64,000 nucleotides of DNA from Bryobacteraceae bacterium (GCA_014860455.1 JACZJQ010000025.1:2850-66849); one strand, 5' to 3'; shown: positions 1 through 9,014, numbered from the stretch's first letter. Program-made: numbers and translations. The notes: generated by a model not told the origin, from the sequence alone.

Positions 1-22
1 GCTGTTCTGCGCAAATACAAAT

Positions 23-60
23 AGGACCGGGGCCTCCCAGGGGTGAGCGCGCCCGGTCCT
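23..60 (-). terminator. Putative intrinsic terminator downstream of the DUF2934-like gene
   Basis: Inverted repeat aggaccggg (23-31) / cccggtcct (52-60) lies about 20 nt past the stop at 81. The minus-strand tail (atttgtatttg) is only moderately T-rich. Confidence 0.35.
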
Positions 61-80
61 TGGACAATTAATTCGGTGAC

Positions 81-431
81 TTAATTCTGGTGGCGGGCCT
101 TGACCAGTTCGATGGCCCGCAGCCAGTCCTCATGCGCCTGGCCGTGTTCGTGGCCCCGGCCGGCCCAGATCAGATAGGCTTCGCGCTCGACCTCTTCACG
201 GTGGACGTCCACATCGAAAGCCGGCGCGACGACGGTCTTCGTTGCGGTGCGCCGGGCCGTCGCTTTGTGTGTCGCGGCTGCCGTGACGCTCAAAGTCGCC
301 GGCTTCGCGGCGGGCTTGCGCGCCGTGGCGGCTTTCGGCTCGGCGGTGGTCTTCTTCGTGGCGCGCTTGGCCGTCTTCGGTTCTGCCGCGGCGGCGGTGG
401 ATTCGGTTTCAACCCTCTTCTTGATTGGCAT
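81..431 (-). CDS. Basic Ala/Lys/Pro-rich protein with a C-terminal DUF2934-like motif
   Basis: The tracked ORF is 81..494. I place the start at the internal ATG 431, which is preceded by GGAG (ctgaGGAGaaacagaATG). The N-terminal part is low complexity (AAEPKTAKRATKKTTAEPKAATARKPAAKPA). The C-terminus EVEREAYLIWAGRGHEHGQAHEDWLRAIE fits the DUF2934 pattern. Confidence 0.7.
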   Translation of the reverse strand: MPIKKRVETESTAAAAEPKTAKRATKKTTAEPKAATARKPAAKPATLSVTAAATHKATARRTATKTVVAPAFDVDVHREEVEREAYLIWAGRGHEHGQAHEDWLRAIELVKARHQN

Positions 432-617
432 TCTGTTTCTCCTCAGTACAGACACTACAATACTTGTGTGAATTGTTTGATACGGCCGGGTCACAATCCT
501 ACTGCGGCAACGTGGGAAGTGGAGTCTGGCGGTCGGACCCAGAGCTGAAGGCGCATCAACACGGCGCCTTAGAATTAGCTCCCTTTATTATAGCGGATGC
601 CCGGCAGATCGTGGGGC

Positions 618-661
618 GGAACAAAACGGAAACGGCCGCGGCCCTCCCAGGGGCTGCGGCC
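618..661 (-). terminator. Putative intrinsic terminator of PEP-CTERM gene 1
   Basis: Stem ggccgcggccc (634-644) pairs with gggctgcggcc (651-661) with one G:T pair. It is followed on the minus strand by gtttccgttttgttcc and lies 35 nt past the stop at 696. Confidence 0.5.
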
Positions 662-695
662 TGTCTCAGAAGCGTTGTGCGGTCGGCCTGCTGGC

Positions 696-1355
696 TCAGG
701 CTCTGCGGCGCCGGATGAAGTACAAACCCACCAGTCCGGCCGCCATCATTGCATATGTGCCCGGTTCTGGGATGACCTGTGTGCCGAAATTGTCCAGCCC
801 CAGATCGCCATTCGCAACGTGCGTATTCACAAAACCCAGCGAGGTGATCGCCGACATGTTCACTGATTCGATTCCTGAGAAGCCGCTGAACAAGGCAATG
901 ATCACCTGGCTCGGGTCGCCAGGTCCGACCACGGCCAGGGCGTAATCTGGCGAAGTCGCCATGTTGGTTCCATCGGAGAGCCAGAACGAGATACTCGACC
1001 CTGGCAGATCGTTTCCGATCAGTTCGATTGAGAAGCCGAGATCCGCGGACGTCAGGCTCCACATGCCAGCATAGTTGGCTCCCGTCCTGCCAGCCGCTCC
1101 GACGCCGGCGCTGCCCGAGAAGTAGTCCTCGACCTGCGCGCCAATGGTGGCGTCAAGATAAATGCCGGAGTTTCCTTCGCTCTTGTTGGCAAAGATGGTT
1201 CTTCCACCCAACGTGTCGACCACCGCGACGGAGTCGATCACCGAATCACGGGCGATCTGCGCGCTGGCCGATCCATTGAAGTTGTCGATCACAGCGGCGA
1301 AGCTCAGCGTACTCGCGATCCCCAGGACCAAAGCCAGATTGAAAATTCTCGTCAT
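696..1355 (-). CDS. PEP-CTERM sorting-domain secreted protein (paralogue 1)
   Basis: The start is taken at ATG 1355 (MTRIFNLALVLGIASTLSFA signal peptide, preceded by gaGGGGAAGGAac). The C-terminus VIPEPGTYAMMAAGLVGLYFIRRRRA has the PEP motif, a TM helix and an Arg cluster. Confidence 0.85.
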   Translation of the reverse strand: MTRIFNLALVLGIASTLSFAAVIDNFNGSASAQIARDSVIDSVAVVDTLGGRTIFANKSEGNSGIYLDATIGAQVEDYFSGSAGVGAAGRTGANYAGMWSLTSADLGFSIELIGNDLPGSSISFWLSDGTNMATSPDYALAVVGPGDPSQVIIALFSGFSGIESVNMSAITSLGFVNTHVANGDLGLDNFGTQVIPEPGTYAMMAAGLVGLYFIRRRRA

Positions 1356-1660
1356 GTTCCTTCCCCTCAACTTCATCCCGCCGATCCAGGCGTGGGTGAC
1401 GCTGCAGCACTGGCAGCGACAATCCCAGCCTAGGGTCCGGTTCGGTAGACCGAATCACCAGGAAGGTCTATGACAGCCGCGAATCAGTACCGAAACCCGC
1501 GACGTACTGCTGCCCAGTACAATGCCGCGCGATTGATGCTGTATGGAGAGGAGAGGGTTTGGAATCAGTGGTTTGCGGAGTGACCGGCAAGGCAGGTTGA
1601 GGCGGGCCTCCTCAACCGGAGGGGTAGGCGAGAGGTGGAAAGGACGCTTCTAAGCGCCTG

Positions 1661-1694
1661 CACAAACGAAAACCGCGCCCCGGAGGGCGCGGTT
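1661..1694 (-). terminator. Intrinsic terminator of PEP-CTERM gene 2
   Basis: Perfect 10-bp stem aaccgcgccc (1671-1680) / gggcgcggtt (1685-1694) with loop cgga. The minus-strand tail is ttcgtttgtg. It lies 25 nt past the stop at 1719. Confidence 0.6.
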
Positions 1695-1718
1695 CGCTTG
1701 TTGACTAAGTTTACCGAC

Positions 1719-2348
1719 TTAGACCTTGCGGCGGCGGATGGCGAAGAGTCCGAGCAGTCCGGCAGCCATCATCGCATACGTGCCTGGCTCAGGAACGATA
1801 TACTCCCGGAAATTGTCGAAGGCGTAATCCTGGTTCAGCACTGTGTAGGCCGTGAAGCCCAGAGCGTTGATAGCGCTCAGGTTCGCGGTTCCTGTGAAGG
1901 TTGTCAGCGCGGCACTGATTGTGGCAGGGAAGCCGTCCGGCAACGCGATCAACCCGGAAGTCGTACGGTTCAAGCCGTTGTCGCTGCTGACCCAGAACTC
2001 GACCGTACCGCCGATCACATCCTTATAAATCAAGTCGATTGAAATGGTCGAACCCGGCGCACTCAGATCCCAGAAACCGGCATACACCGCGCCACCCAAG
2101 CCTTGAGTGTTGAAACCCGTACTCACGTTGAATAGGCCACCGGTGATGTTCGTATCCACGGAGTTTGTGTTGGCACCGGCGGTCTTGTCAACGATCAACT
2201 TGCCGACCTGGATCCCGTAGGGCAGCACGGCCGCGGGGTTGTTGTCGCTGGCGGGCCCAAAGGGCGTATTGAAATCGTCGATGATCGCACCGAACGTCAT
2301 GGCAGTGACGCACAGCGCAAGCATCAACAGCTTGCTTAACCTTTTCAT
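1719..2348 (-). CDS. PEP-CTERM sorting-domain secreted protein (paralogue 2)
   Basis: The start is taken at ATG 2348 (MKRLSKLLMLALCVTAMTFGA signal peptide, GGAGGAG 10 nt upstream). The C-terminus is IVPEPGTYAMMAAGLLGLFAIRRRKV. It shares A[VI]ID[ND]FN after the signal peptide and a mid-protein FW[LV]S motif with 696..1355. Confidence 0.85.
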   Translation of the reverse strand: MKRLSKLLMLALCVTAMTFGAIIDDFNTPFGPASDNNPAAVLPYGIQVGKLIVDKTAGANTNSVDTNITGGLFNVSTGFNTQGLGGAVYAGFWDLSAPGSTISIDLIYKDVIGGTVEFWVSSDNGLNRTTSGLIALPDGFPATISAALTTFTGTANLSAINALGFTAYTVLNQDYAFDNFREYIVPEPGTYAMMAAGLLGLFAIRRRKV

Positions 2349-2473
2349 TTGTCTATAGCTCCTCCGTGAACAAATCGCAGTGCCAGCACTTTGGTGCCAG
2401 TCCTTAACAGTATACACTCCGTGGGTGGACTAATTAGCTATCTTTAGATAGTTGTTTAAGTGCGACTGGTTGG

Positions 2474-4480
2474 GTGCGTACTAGGCCAAACCCCTTTACC
2501 TATCAACTTGATAGACTGTCGGTAGTGTACGTCAAACTGGAACGGAATCTGACCCAGGCTGTCAGCCGCCATCTGAAGGCCTCCGGCGCCGATCTGGATG
2601 TCGCCGCCGAGCAACCCAAGGACCCCAAGCACGGCGACCTCGCCTTGCCCGTCGCCTTCGCTCTCTCCAAGCTCCTGCGCAAAGCGCCACGCCTCATCGC
2701 CGAGCAGCTTGCCTCGGAACTGCCTCCGATTGAAGGAGTTGCAAAAATCGAGGTGGCCGGCGGCGGCTATCTCAACGTCCGCTTCGACCGCGGCGCCGTC
2801 GGACAAAGCCTGCTTCAAGGCGCTGATCTCACCGCTGACGCCTCCACCGGCAAGGTGATCGTCGAACACACGAACATCAATCCCAACAAAGCAGCCCACA
2901 TCGGCCACCTCCGCAACGCCATCCTCGGCGACACGTTCGTCCGCATGCTGCGCGCTTCGGGCCGAAAAGTTGAAGTCCAGAACTATATCGACAATACGGG
3001 GGTTCAGGTGGCCGACGTCGTCGTCGGCTTCCATCACCTGGAAAAGAAGTCGGCCGCCGAGGTTGAAGTTCTCTGCAGAAGCGACAAGTTCGACTATCTT
3101 TGCTGGGACCTCTACGCCCGTACCTCGGCCTTCTACACAGGCAACCCTGAAGCTGTCCAGTGGCGGCGTGACACGCTCCACGCCATCGAACACGGCGGAG
3201 GCGAACTGGCCCGCCTCGGCCACATCGTCGCCGACGCCATCGTCAACTGCCACCTCGACACCATGTGGCGGCTCGGCATCTTGTATGACGTTCTGCCGCG
3301 CGAAAGCGAAATCCTCCACCTCCAGTTCTGGGCCACCGCCTTCGAGCAGTTGAAGCAGCGCGGCGCGGTCTATCTGGTCGAAGAGGGCAAGAATAAGGGC
3401 TGCTGGGTGATGGCCGCCGCCCATTTCCGTGACGACACCACCGGCGAAGAAGGCGACGACGACGCCAAGGTGATCGTCCGCTCCAACGGCACGGTCACCT
3501 ACGTCGGCAAGGACATTGCCTATCAGATGTGGAAATTCGGTCTTCTCGGCAAGGACTTCCATTACAAGCCGCTCCGTACATACCCCAACGGCCACGTGGC
3601 CTGGGTGGCGACCGATGAAGCATGGGACGGGCCGTCACCCGGCTTCGGCGGCGGCACTGAGGTCTATAACGTCATCGACTCCCGCCAGAGCTATCTGCAG
3701 GACGTCGTCGTCGCCGGCCTGAGGGCGCTCAAGTTCGAACAGCAGGCCGACAACTCCATCCATTTCAGCTACGAAATGGTGGCCTTGAGCCCGCGCACCT
3801 GCGTCGAACTTGGCATCCCGCTGTCGGAAGAGGACTCGAAGAAAGCCTACGTCGAGGTCTCGGGCCGCAAGGGCCTGGGCGTCAAGGCCGACGACCTGAT
3901 CGACAAACTGATTGAAAAGGCCCGCGCCGAGGTCGATGCCCGCCATCAGGACAAGCCCGAGGCCGAACGCGCCGAGGTCGCCCGCCGCATCGCCGTCGGC
4001 GCCCTACGCTACTTCATGCTCAAGTTCACCCGCAACACGGTGATCGCCTTCGACCTGCAGGAAGCCCTCAGCTTCGAGGGCGAGACCGGACCCTACGTCC
4101 AATATTCCGCGGTCCGGGCTCGCAACATCTTCCGCAAAATGGAGGAGCGCGGCGAGCAGATGCCCGACTTTGCTGCCTTGCTCAACCGCGAAGCCTTCGC
4201 CCGGCAGTTGGAATTCGAACCCTTCTGGCAGCTCCTGCTCAACGCCATGAAGCTGGACAAGGCGCTGGCCTCGGCACTGGCTTCAGGCGAGCCCGGGCAC
4301 ATGGCGAAATACGCCTTCACCCTGGCCCAAGCCTTCAACGCCTTCTACCACGACTATCCCATCCTTAAGGAAGAGAACCCCGAAAAGCGCGTTTTCCTGC
4401 TCTGGCTGGCTCTCTACTTCCGGCGGCAACTGGAAGCTACGCTCGATATCCTCGGCATCCAGGCGCCGGACTATATGTAA
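2474..4480 (+). CDS. argS: Arginine--tRNA ligase
   Basis: Class I HIGH motif (NKAAHIGHLRNAILGD). The N-terminal add-domain pattern (PKDPKHGDLALPVAF) and the C-terminal DALR-type anticodon-binding end (AQAFNAFYHDYPIL...DYM) are present. The start is uncertain: GTG 2474 is the first in-frame start and GTG 2525 is an alternative. Confidence 0.9.
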   Translation: MRTRPNPFTYQLDRLSVVYVKLERNLTQAVSRHLKASGADLDVAAEQPKDPKHGDLALPVAFALSKLLRKAPRLIAEQLASELPPIEGVAKIEVAGGGYLNVRFDRGAVGQSLLQGADLTADASTGKVIVEHTNINPNKAAHIGHLRNAILGDTFVRMLRASGRKVEVQNYIDNTGVQVADVVVGFHHLEKKSAAEVEVLCRSDKFDYLCWDLYARTSAFYTGNPEAVQWRRDTLHAIEHGGGELARLGHIVADAIVNCHLDTMWRLGILYDVLPRESEILHLQFWATAFEQLKQRGAVYLVEEGKNKGCWVMAAAHFRDDTTGEEGDDDAKVIVRSNGTVTYVGKDIAYQMWKFGLLGKDFHYKPLRTYPNGHVAWVATDEAWDGPSPGFGGGTEVYNVIDSRQSYLQDVVVAGLRALKFEQQADNSIHFSYEMVALSPRTCVELGIPLSEEDSKKAYVEVSGRKGLGVKADDLIDKLIEKARAEVDARHQDKPEAERAEVARRIAVGALRYFMLKFTRNTVIAFDLQEALSFEGETGPYVQYSAVRARNIFRKMEERGEQMPDFAALLNREAFARQLEFEPFWQLLLNAMKLDKALASALASGEPGHMAKYAFTLAQAFNAFYHDYPILKEENPEKRVFLLWLALYFRRQLEATLDILGIQAPDYM

Positions 4481-4484
4481 GGAT

Positions 4485-4540
4485 GCGGCTGGAGACGTTG
4501 ACCAAACGAACTCCAGCCGCAGACCAATCGTTTTCTTTTG
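4485..4540. terminator. Terminator hairpin between convergent argS and the secreted-protein gene
   Basis: Stem gcggctggag (4485-4494) / ctccagccgc (4511-4520) is followed on the plus strand by the tail caatcgttttcttttg. Confidence 0.6.
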
Positions 4541-4543
4541 CTA

Positions 4544-4942
4544 TTACTTAGACAGCTTCGAACGCAGCAGTTCGGCGAAGGTGCGCGCTGCTTTGAGGTT
4601 CGCCGCCCGGTCGGCTTCCATATGGAAACGGTAGGAGACAATCTCCTTGCCCGTCTTCACGTCCACCGCCTTGAGAATGCTCTCGTCGCGGCGGCCCGTC
4701 TGCTTCTGGTACAGGATCTCGGCATGGACCGACGTGAACGCCTTGCCTAGCAGGATCTTCAGGTCGGGGTGGGCGGCCTCCTCGATGATCTCCAGCGGAG
4801 CTTCGGCCGACTGCAACGCCTCGGCAACCACCTCCTCAAAACCGTTCATCTTGTCGACAAATACGGTCTTCTTCGGGGGTGCGGAGGCCAATGCGGCAAC
4901 GCAGAGGCTAACGAGAAGGGCAAAAAGCCGGATCGTGGTCAT
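4544..4942 (-). CDS. Hypothetical secreted protein
   Basis: N-terminal signal peptide MTTIRLFALLVSLCVAALASA. AAGGAG lies upstream of ATG 4942 (ataAGGAGaacataagATG). I recognise no motif. Confidence 0.7.
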   Translation of the reverse strand: MTTIRLFALLVSLCVAALASAPPKKTVFVDKMNGFEEVVAEALQSAEAPLEIIEEAAHPDLKILLGKAFTSVHAEILYQKQTGRRDESILKAVDVKTGKEIVSYRFHMEADRAANLKAARTFAELLRSKLSK

Positions 4943-5454
4943 CTTATGTTCTCCTTATACCGAATTGAGATGATGGACCGCGGGCAAGGCGCGTTAACGG
5001 GGCGCGAACCCACTGCCTGGTGGACACGCCGGATCCAACTTGTCTGAGGGGTAAAGATCGAAGATCGGGACCGAGGCTACACATGAAGCCATGTCCTGAC
5101 TCCATTATAACCGTTTCGAATCGGTCCAATAGATAATTTCTATCGAGAAGGCCAGCCCCATACCGGAAGCGGAACGGGCGCGATGCGAACCGTCGCCCGG
5201 GATCAAGGCGGTCACGAAGTCGAGGTGGGGTGGAGCCGGGGACGCTGGTCCGAGTTAGGGGAGTGGACCAGGGGCTCCCTGGCGCGTCAGTCGGTGATCC
5301 GGCGGTCCCGCGTTTCGGCGAACTACCGAACCGGACTGTTGTCCGCGTCGCGCAACCATTGACGATAGGAGTTCGGGCGGCCGGGATTTGTTGATTTCGC
5401 GGAGGCTTTGCGTTGAGGCAGAACCCCGGGCGGATGGGATACTGTCAGTGGATC

Positions 5455-6630
5455 ATGAAACCGCGGAGATGGATCGCATTGGTCGCCGCCATGGTTCTGC
5501 TGGCGGCGTGTGGGGCGAGCCTGTATGTAGGGTGGCTATGCTGGCCCCGGCCGATCAGGACGTCCACGCCGCGGACCGACCCCTTCTGGTGGGAAAGGGG
5601 TGGGCGGCTGACGCTCTCCCCGCGCCGGGGGGTGGTGCTGGCGGAGATCGCCCGATTCCAGGACGAGATCTTCGCTTACTTGATGTTCAATCACATGCGA
5701 GGACGGCCAGCGTTTGAGGGACGGCTGCTGCTGCTGTCGATTGAGACACCGGCCGGCGACCCGCACTACGCGATTTCGACCGTCATCAGCGAGGATCTCC
5801 TGGGCGGCCTGGACTGGCTCTCCAGACTGGAGCAGGAGCGAGAGATCGCCGGCTGGCAATGGCGCTCTGCCGACAGGCAAGCCGTGGATTCCCGCTGGAA
5901 GGAGACGAGTGTCTTCATCGCCGCCTACAACCTTCCGGTCGAGCGCCGTATGGAACACTTGAGCGGCGCGGAGAAGGCGGCCTACACACGCCGGTTTCTG
6001 CGTTTCAAATCCCTCACCGATCCGCGCGTGAGCCGGGGCGAGGTTTTGCCCGTCCTATCCCGCGAGGCGGCCACGAACCTCGCGGCGGACATTATCGAAG
6101 TATCGGCGTTTTTTGATCTGCCGCTGGAGTTCTTCCTGGGCATCGGCGCCATGGAAAACAATTTCATGAACGTGAAGGGCGACATCGGAAACACGGTATG
6201 GAAACGGCGCGTGGAGAAGGGCGACGTGGTGTTGAAACGCATGCGGGGTAGGGTCCTGGTGCTGAATGAATCGAGCGGCGTGTGGCAGATCACGCGTGAG
6301 ACCCTTCGATTGGCGCACCGGCTCTATCTGAAAGACAGGCGTGAGTACGGATTGCTTCCGGAGCATTTACGGCCTCCGAGGAAGCTGAATCTCGATGAAG
6401 TGGACCCCGCGCACTTGACCACCTATGCCGGGATTCTGCTGCGCGACCTGCTCGACCGTTTCGACGGCAACATCACCCTGGCCGTGGGCGCCTACAACGG
6501 CGGTCCCGGCAAGCCGAACCTGAGCTACGCCGAGGGCGTGGAGCGGGCGGCCGCACACGCTCGCCGCGTCATGGAGCAGGCCGCCGCAGTCCATGGCCGG
6601 CTGATGGCGGATCAGCCGGTGAGCCGCTAG
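5455..6630 (+). CDS. Lytic transglycosylase (SLT-domain) lipoprotein
   Basis: The start is taken at ATG 5455 (MKPRRWIALVAAMVLLAACGAS, which carries an LAAC lipobox). The catalytic-Glu segment GIGAMENNF and the downstream AVGAYNGGPG are typical of the SLT/GH23 domain. Confidence 0.75.
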   Translation: MKPRRWIALVAAMVLLAACGASLYVGWLCWPRPIRTSTPRTDPFWWERGGRLTLSPRRGVVLAEIARFQDEIFAYLMFNHMRGRPAFEGRLLLLSIETPAGDPHYAISTVISEDLLGGLDWLSRLEQEREIAGWQWRSADRQAVDSRWKETSVFIAAYNLPVERRMEHLSGAEKAAYTRRFLRFKSLTDPRVSRGEVLPVLSREAATNLAADIIEVSAFFDLPLEFFLGIGAMENNFMNVKGDIGNTVWKRRVEKGDVVLKRMRGRVLVLNESSGVWQITRETLRLAHRLYLKDRREYGLLPEHLRPPRKLNLDEVDPAHLTTYAGILLRDLLDRFDGNITLAVGAYNGGPGKPNLSYAEGVERAAAHARRVMEQAAAVHGRLMADQPVSR

Positions 6631-7766
6631 TCGAACCGGAAGGAGCGGGCGGCCAGCCAACCCGCGGCCAGCGCCAGGCCGGTCAGCACGGCGATATGCG
6701 GCAGCACGGCCATGGCCGGCTCGCCGAAGCTCATCAGGCGGTGCAACCCGTTCATCGTGATGCCGGTGGGCAGCGCCAGGCTCAGCTTCTGCATCCACAT
6801 CGGCGACACCTCGGCCGGCCACCAGCATCCGCCCAGCGCGGCCAGCAGGTTGCCGGCAATCACGCCTATGGCCGACGCCTGGCCCGCGCTGCGGGAAGCC
6901 GCGCCCAGCCACAGCGACAAACTGGTGCAAAGCGCCATGTATGCGCCCAGCAGTGCGGCCACCGCCAGCAGCGACGCCCCCCAGTCCACCTTGAAAAACA
7001 CCGTGCCGATGACGGCTCCAACGGCGGTTTGGACCACGGCCAGGGCCGCGCGCGACGTCCATTTGGTCAGCACGATGGCCGGACGCGTCATCGAGCTTGA
7101 GGCCAGCCGGCGCAGGATGCCCGTGTTGCGCTCGGCCACAATCGAGATGCCGCCGCTGGTGAGCAGGACCGTCAGGATGAACATCACCAGGATGCCCGGC
7201 ACCGCCTGCTGGTAGCCGGACGGAATTGCTCGCCTGCGTCCGGCCGCGGTCGCCTCAATCGTCAGGTTGCGGCTCAGCCGGGCGGTCTCGTCCATCGACG
7301 CTTCAGTCAACGCGCCCGAACGCGTGCTGGCGCCGATGGTTTCGGCCAGCAGCCCGTAGACGGCGCGCTGCAGCCGGATCTTGTCGAAATCCATGCCCGC
7401 GCCGCTAGCCGAGGTTTCAAAGACGATCTTCTGCGGCTTGCCGGCCTGGGCGGTGGCGGTGAACGCGCCAGGTAGGCGCAGTTTGCGGCTGAACTTCGAC
7501 AGCTCAGCCTCGCCTGTAACCAGTCGGACGTCATAGCCCGCCGCGGTGAGTCGGCGCTCCAGGGCCGGAGCAAGGAAACCGGCATCGGCGGGCGCCAGCA
7601 CGGCGATCGTGTCGCGGCGGTCGGGTCCGGGTGCGAAACCGCTGGTCATGCGGCCGATAAAGGAAAAGAAAACCACCGGCATGACGAAGGCCCAGACCAG
7701 CGTGACCGGGTGGCGGATCAGTTGGAAAAAGTCGCGCCGGGCGATCTGGAAAGTGCGCATCAACAT
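6627..7766 (-). CDS. ABC-2 family transporter permease
   Basis: The N-terminus is MLMRTFQIARRDFFQLIRHPVTLVWAFVMPVVFFSFIG. A large extracytoplasmic loop follows, then a C-terminal multi-TM block. It is the last gene of the ATPase-permease-permease operon. Confidence 0.8.
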   Translation of the reverse strand: MLMRTFQIARRDFFQLIRHPVTLVWAFVMPVVFFSFIGRMTSGFAPGPDRRDTIAVLAPADAGFLAPALERRLTAAGYDVRLVTGEAELSKFSRKLRLPGAFTATAQAGKPQKIVFETSASGAGMDFDKIRLQRAVYGLLAETIGASTRSGALTEASMDETARLSRNLTIEATAAGRRRAIPSGYQQAVPGILVMFILTVLLTSGGISIVAERNTGILRRLASSSMTRPAIVLTKWTSRAALAVVQTAVGAVIGTVFFKVDWGASLLAVAALLGAYMALCTSLSLWLGAASRSAGQASAIGVIAGNLLAALGGCWWPAEVSPMWMQKLSLALPTGITMNGLHRLMSFGEPAMAVLPHIAVLTGLALAAGWLAARSFRFD

Positions 7767-7773
7767 GCCGGGA

Positions 7774-9012
7774 CTAGCCTTTCAGAAATCTCCAGCGCAG
7801 CAATCGCGCCGACAACATGAACAACACCGCCGCCGCAGCCGCCATCACGCCCAGCCAGGCCAGGACGCTGGCTGCCGGAGCGGCGCCGCCGAGGATGGAG
7901 GTGAACCGCGCCACCATCCAGCCCAGCGGCGTCAGTTTGCCTATGGCGGCGATCGATTCCGGCATCATGTCGAACGAGAACATGCTGCCGCCGACCATCA
8001 TCGACGGGAACACCACAAGCGAGGTGAAGATCTCGCCGCGCTCGCGCGCGCCGGCCAGGATCTGAAGGATCAGCATTGCCAGATACCAGACCGCGGCCCC
8101 GGCCATCAGCCAGCCCAGCGCCGCCGCCCAGTTTGCCACCGTGACGCCGGCAAACAGCCATCCAAGCACAAGCGCCAGACCCGTCACCAGCGCGGCCGTG
8201 AGCATGGCGGCCAGCGTCTTGCCTCCGACGATCGCAGTCACCGGCAACCCGGCCGACTGCGCCCGGCGCAGCGTGGCCCATCGCAGTTCGTCCCAGATGT
8301 CGTCGCTCGACCCGCGTCCAAGGAACAGGATCGACATGAAGACGATGCCCGGAAACATCGAGGCGAACATGTTGAACGGCTTGGACTCTTCCTTCTTCGG
8401 CGGCTGCTTGATCTCGAGATCGAGGAGCAGAGGGTCCAGGTACTGTGTGAGGCGCTTCACCGTGGCATTGATGGCCAAGCTGGTCTTGACCACATCGGCG
8501 TCGCTGGGCTGGTCCGTCTGGCTTGAGATCATCTTCAACTCGTCGCCGGCCACCACATGCATGTAGTGCACCGCCTCGGCGAGCATGTCCAGGCTCTGCC
8601 CGGCGATCTCGGGCATGATGCTCTGCGATGGGTTTTTGACCAAACCAACCACTGCCGGACGGTTGTCGAGCACGGCGCTTTGAAAACCCTTGGGCACGAT
8701 GATCAGCGCCGAGGCTTCGCCTTTGGCCATGCGGGCGCGGCCGTCGGGCTCGGTGGTCTTTTCGGGCTTGAACATCTCGCCCAGCGGACCTTGCGAAAAC
8801 GCCGAACTGACGGCGCCGCTCAGCAGCGTCTCGTCCTGGTCGGCGATCAGGATCACGCCTTGCGGGCGAGGTCCGGACGATGCCGTGCCGCCGAAGGCGA
8901 GGTTCATGACCAGCAGAATTGAGAACGGGATGCCGAGCCAGAGTGCCAGAGCGAACGGGTCGCGCAGGGCCCGCCGGGCGTCCTTGCGGAACGATGCGAT
9001 CAGCAGGCGCAT
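7774..9012 (-). CDS. ABC-2 family transporter permease
   Basis: It begins MRLLIASFRKDARRALRDPFALALWLGIPFSILLVMNL and has the same architecture as 6627..7766. It starts 2 nt after the stop of the ATPase gene. Confidence 0.8.
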   Translation of the reverse strand: MRLLIASFRKDARRALRDPFALALWLGIPFSILLVMNLAFGGTASSGPRPQGVILIADQDETLLSGAVSSAFSQGPLGEMFKPEKTTEPDGRARMAKGEASALIIVPKGFQSAVLDNRPAVVGLVKNPSQSIMPEIAGQSLDMLAEAVHYMHVVAGDELKMISSQTDQPSDADVVKTSLAINATVKRLTQYLDPLLLDLEIKQPPKKEESKPFNMFASMFPGIVFMSILFLGRGSSDDIWDELRWATLRRAQSAGLPVTAIVGGKTLAAMLTAALVTGLALVLGWLFAGVTVANWAAALGWLMAGAAVWYLAMLILQILAGARERGEIFTSLVVFPSMMVGGSMFSFDMMPESIAAIGKLTPLGWMVARFTSILGGAAPAASVLAWLGVMAAAAAVLFMLSARLLRWRFLKG

Positions 9013-9014
9013 GG

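Noticed and set aside
2456-3595. 379-aa minus-strand ORF opposite argS
   Set aside because: It is antisense to a gene with clear class I synthetase motifs. Its Ala/Gly/Val/Asp-rich composition is typical of antisense frames in high-GC DNA, and it has no motif.
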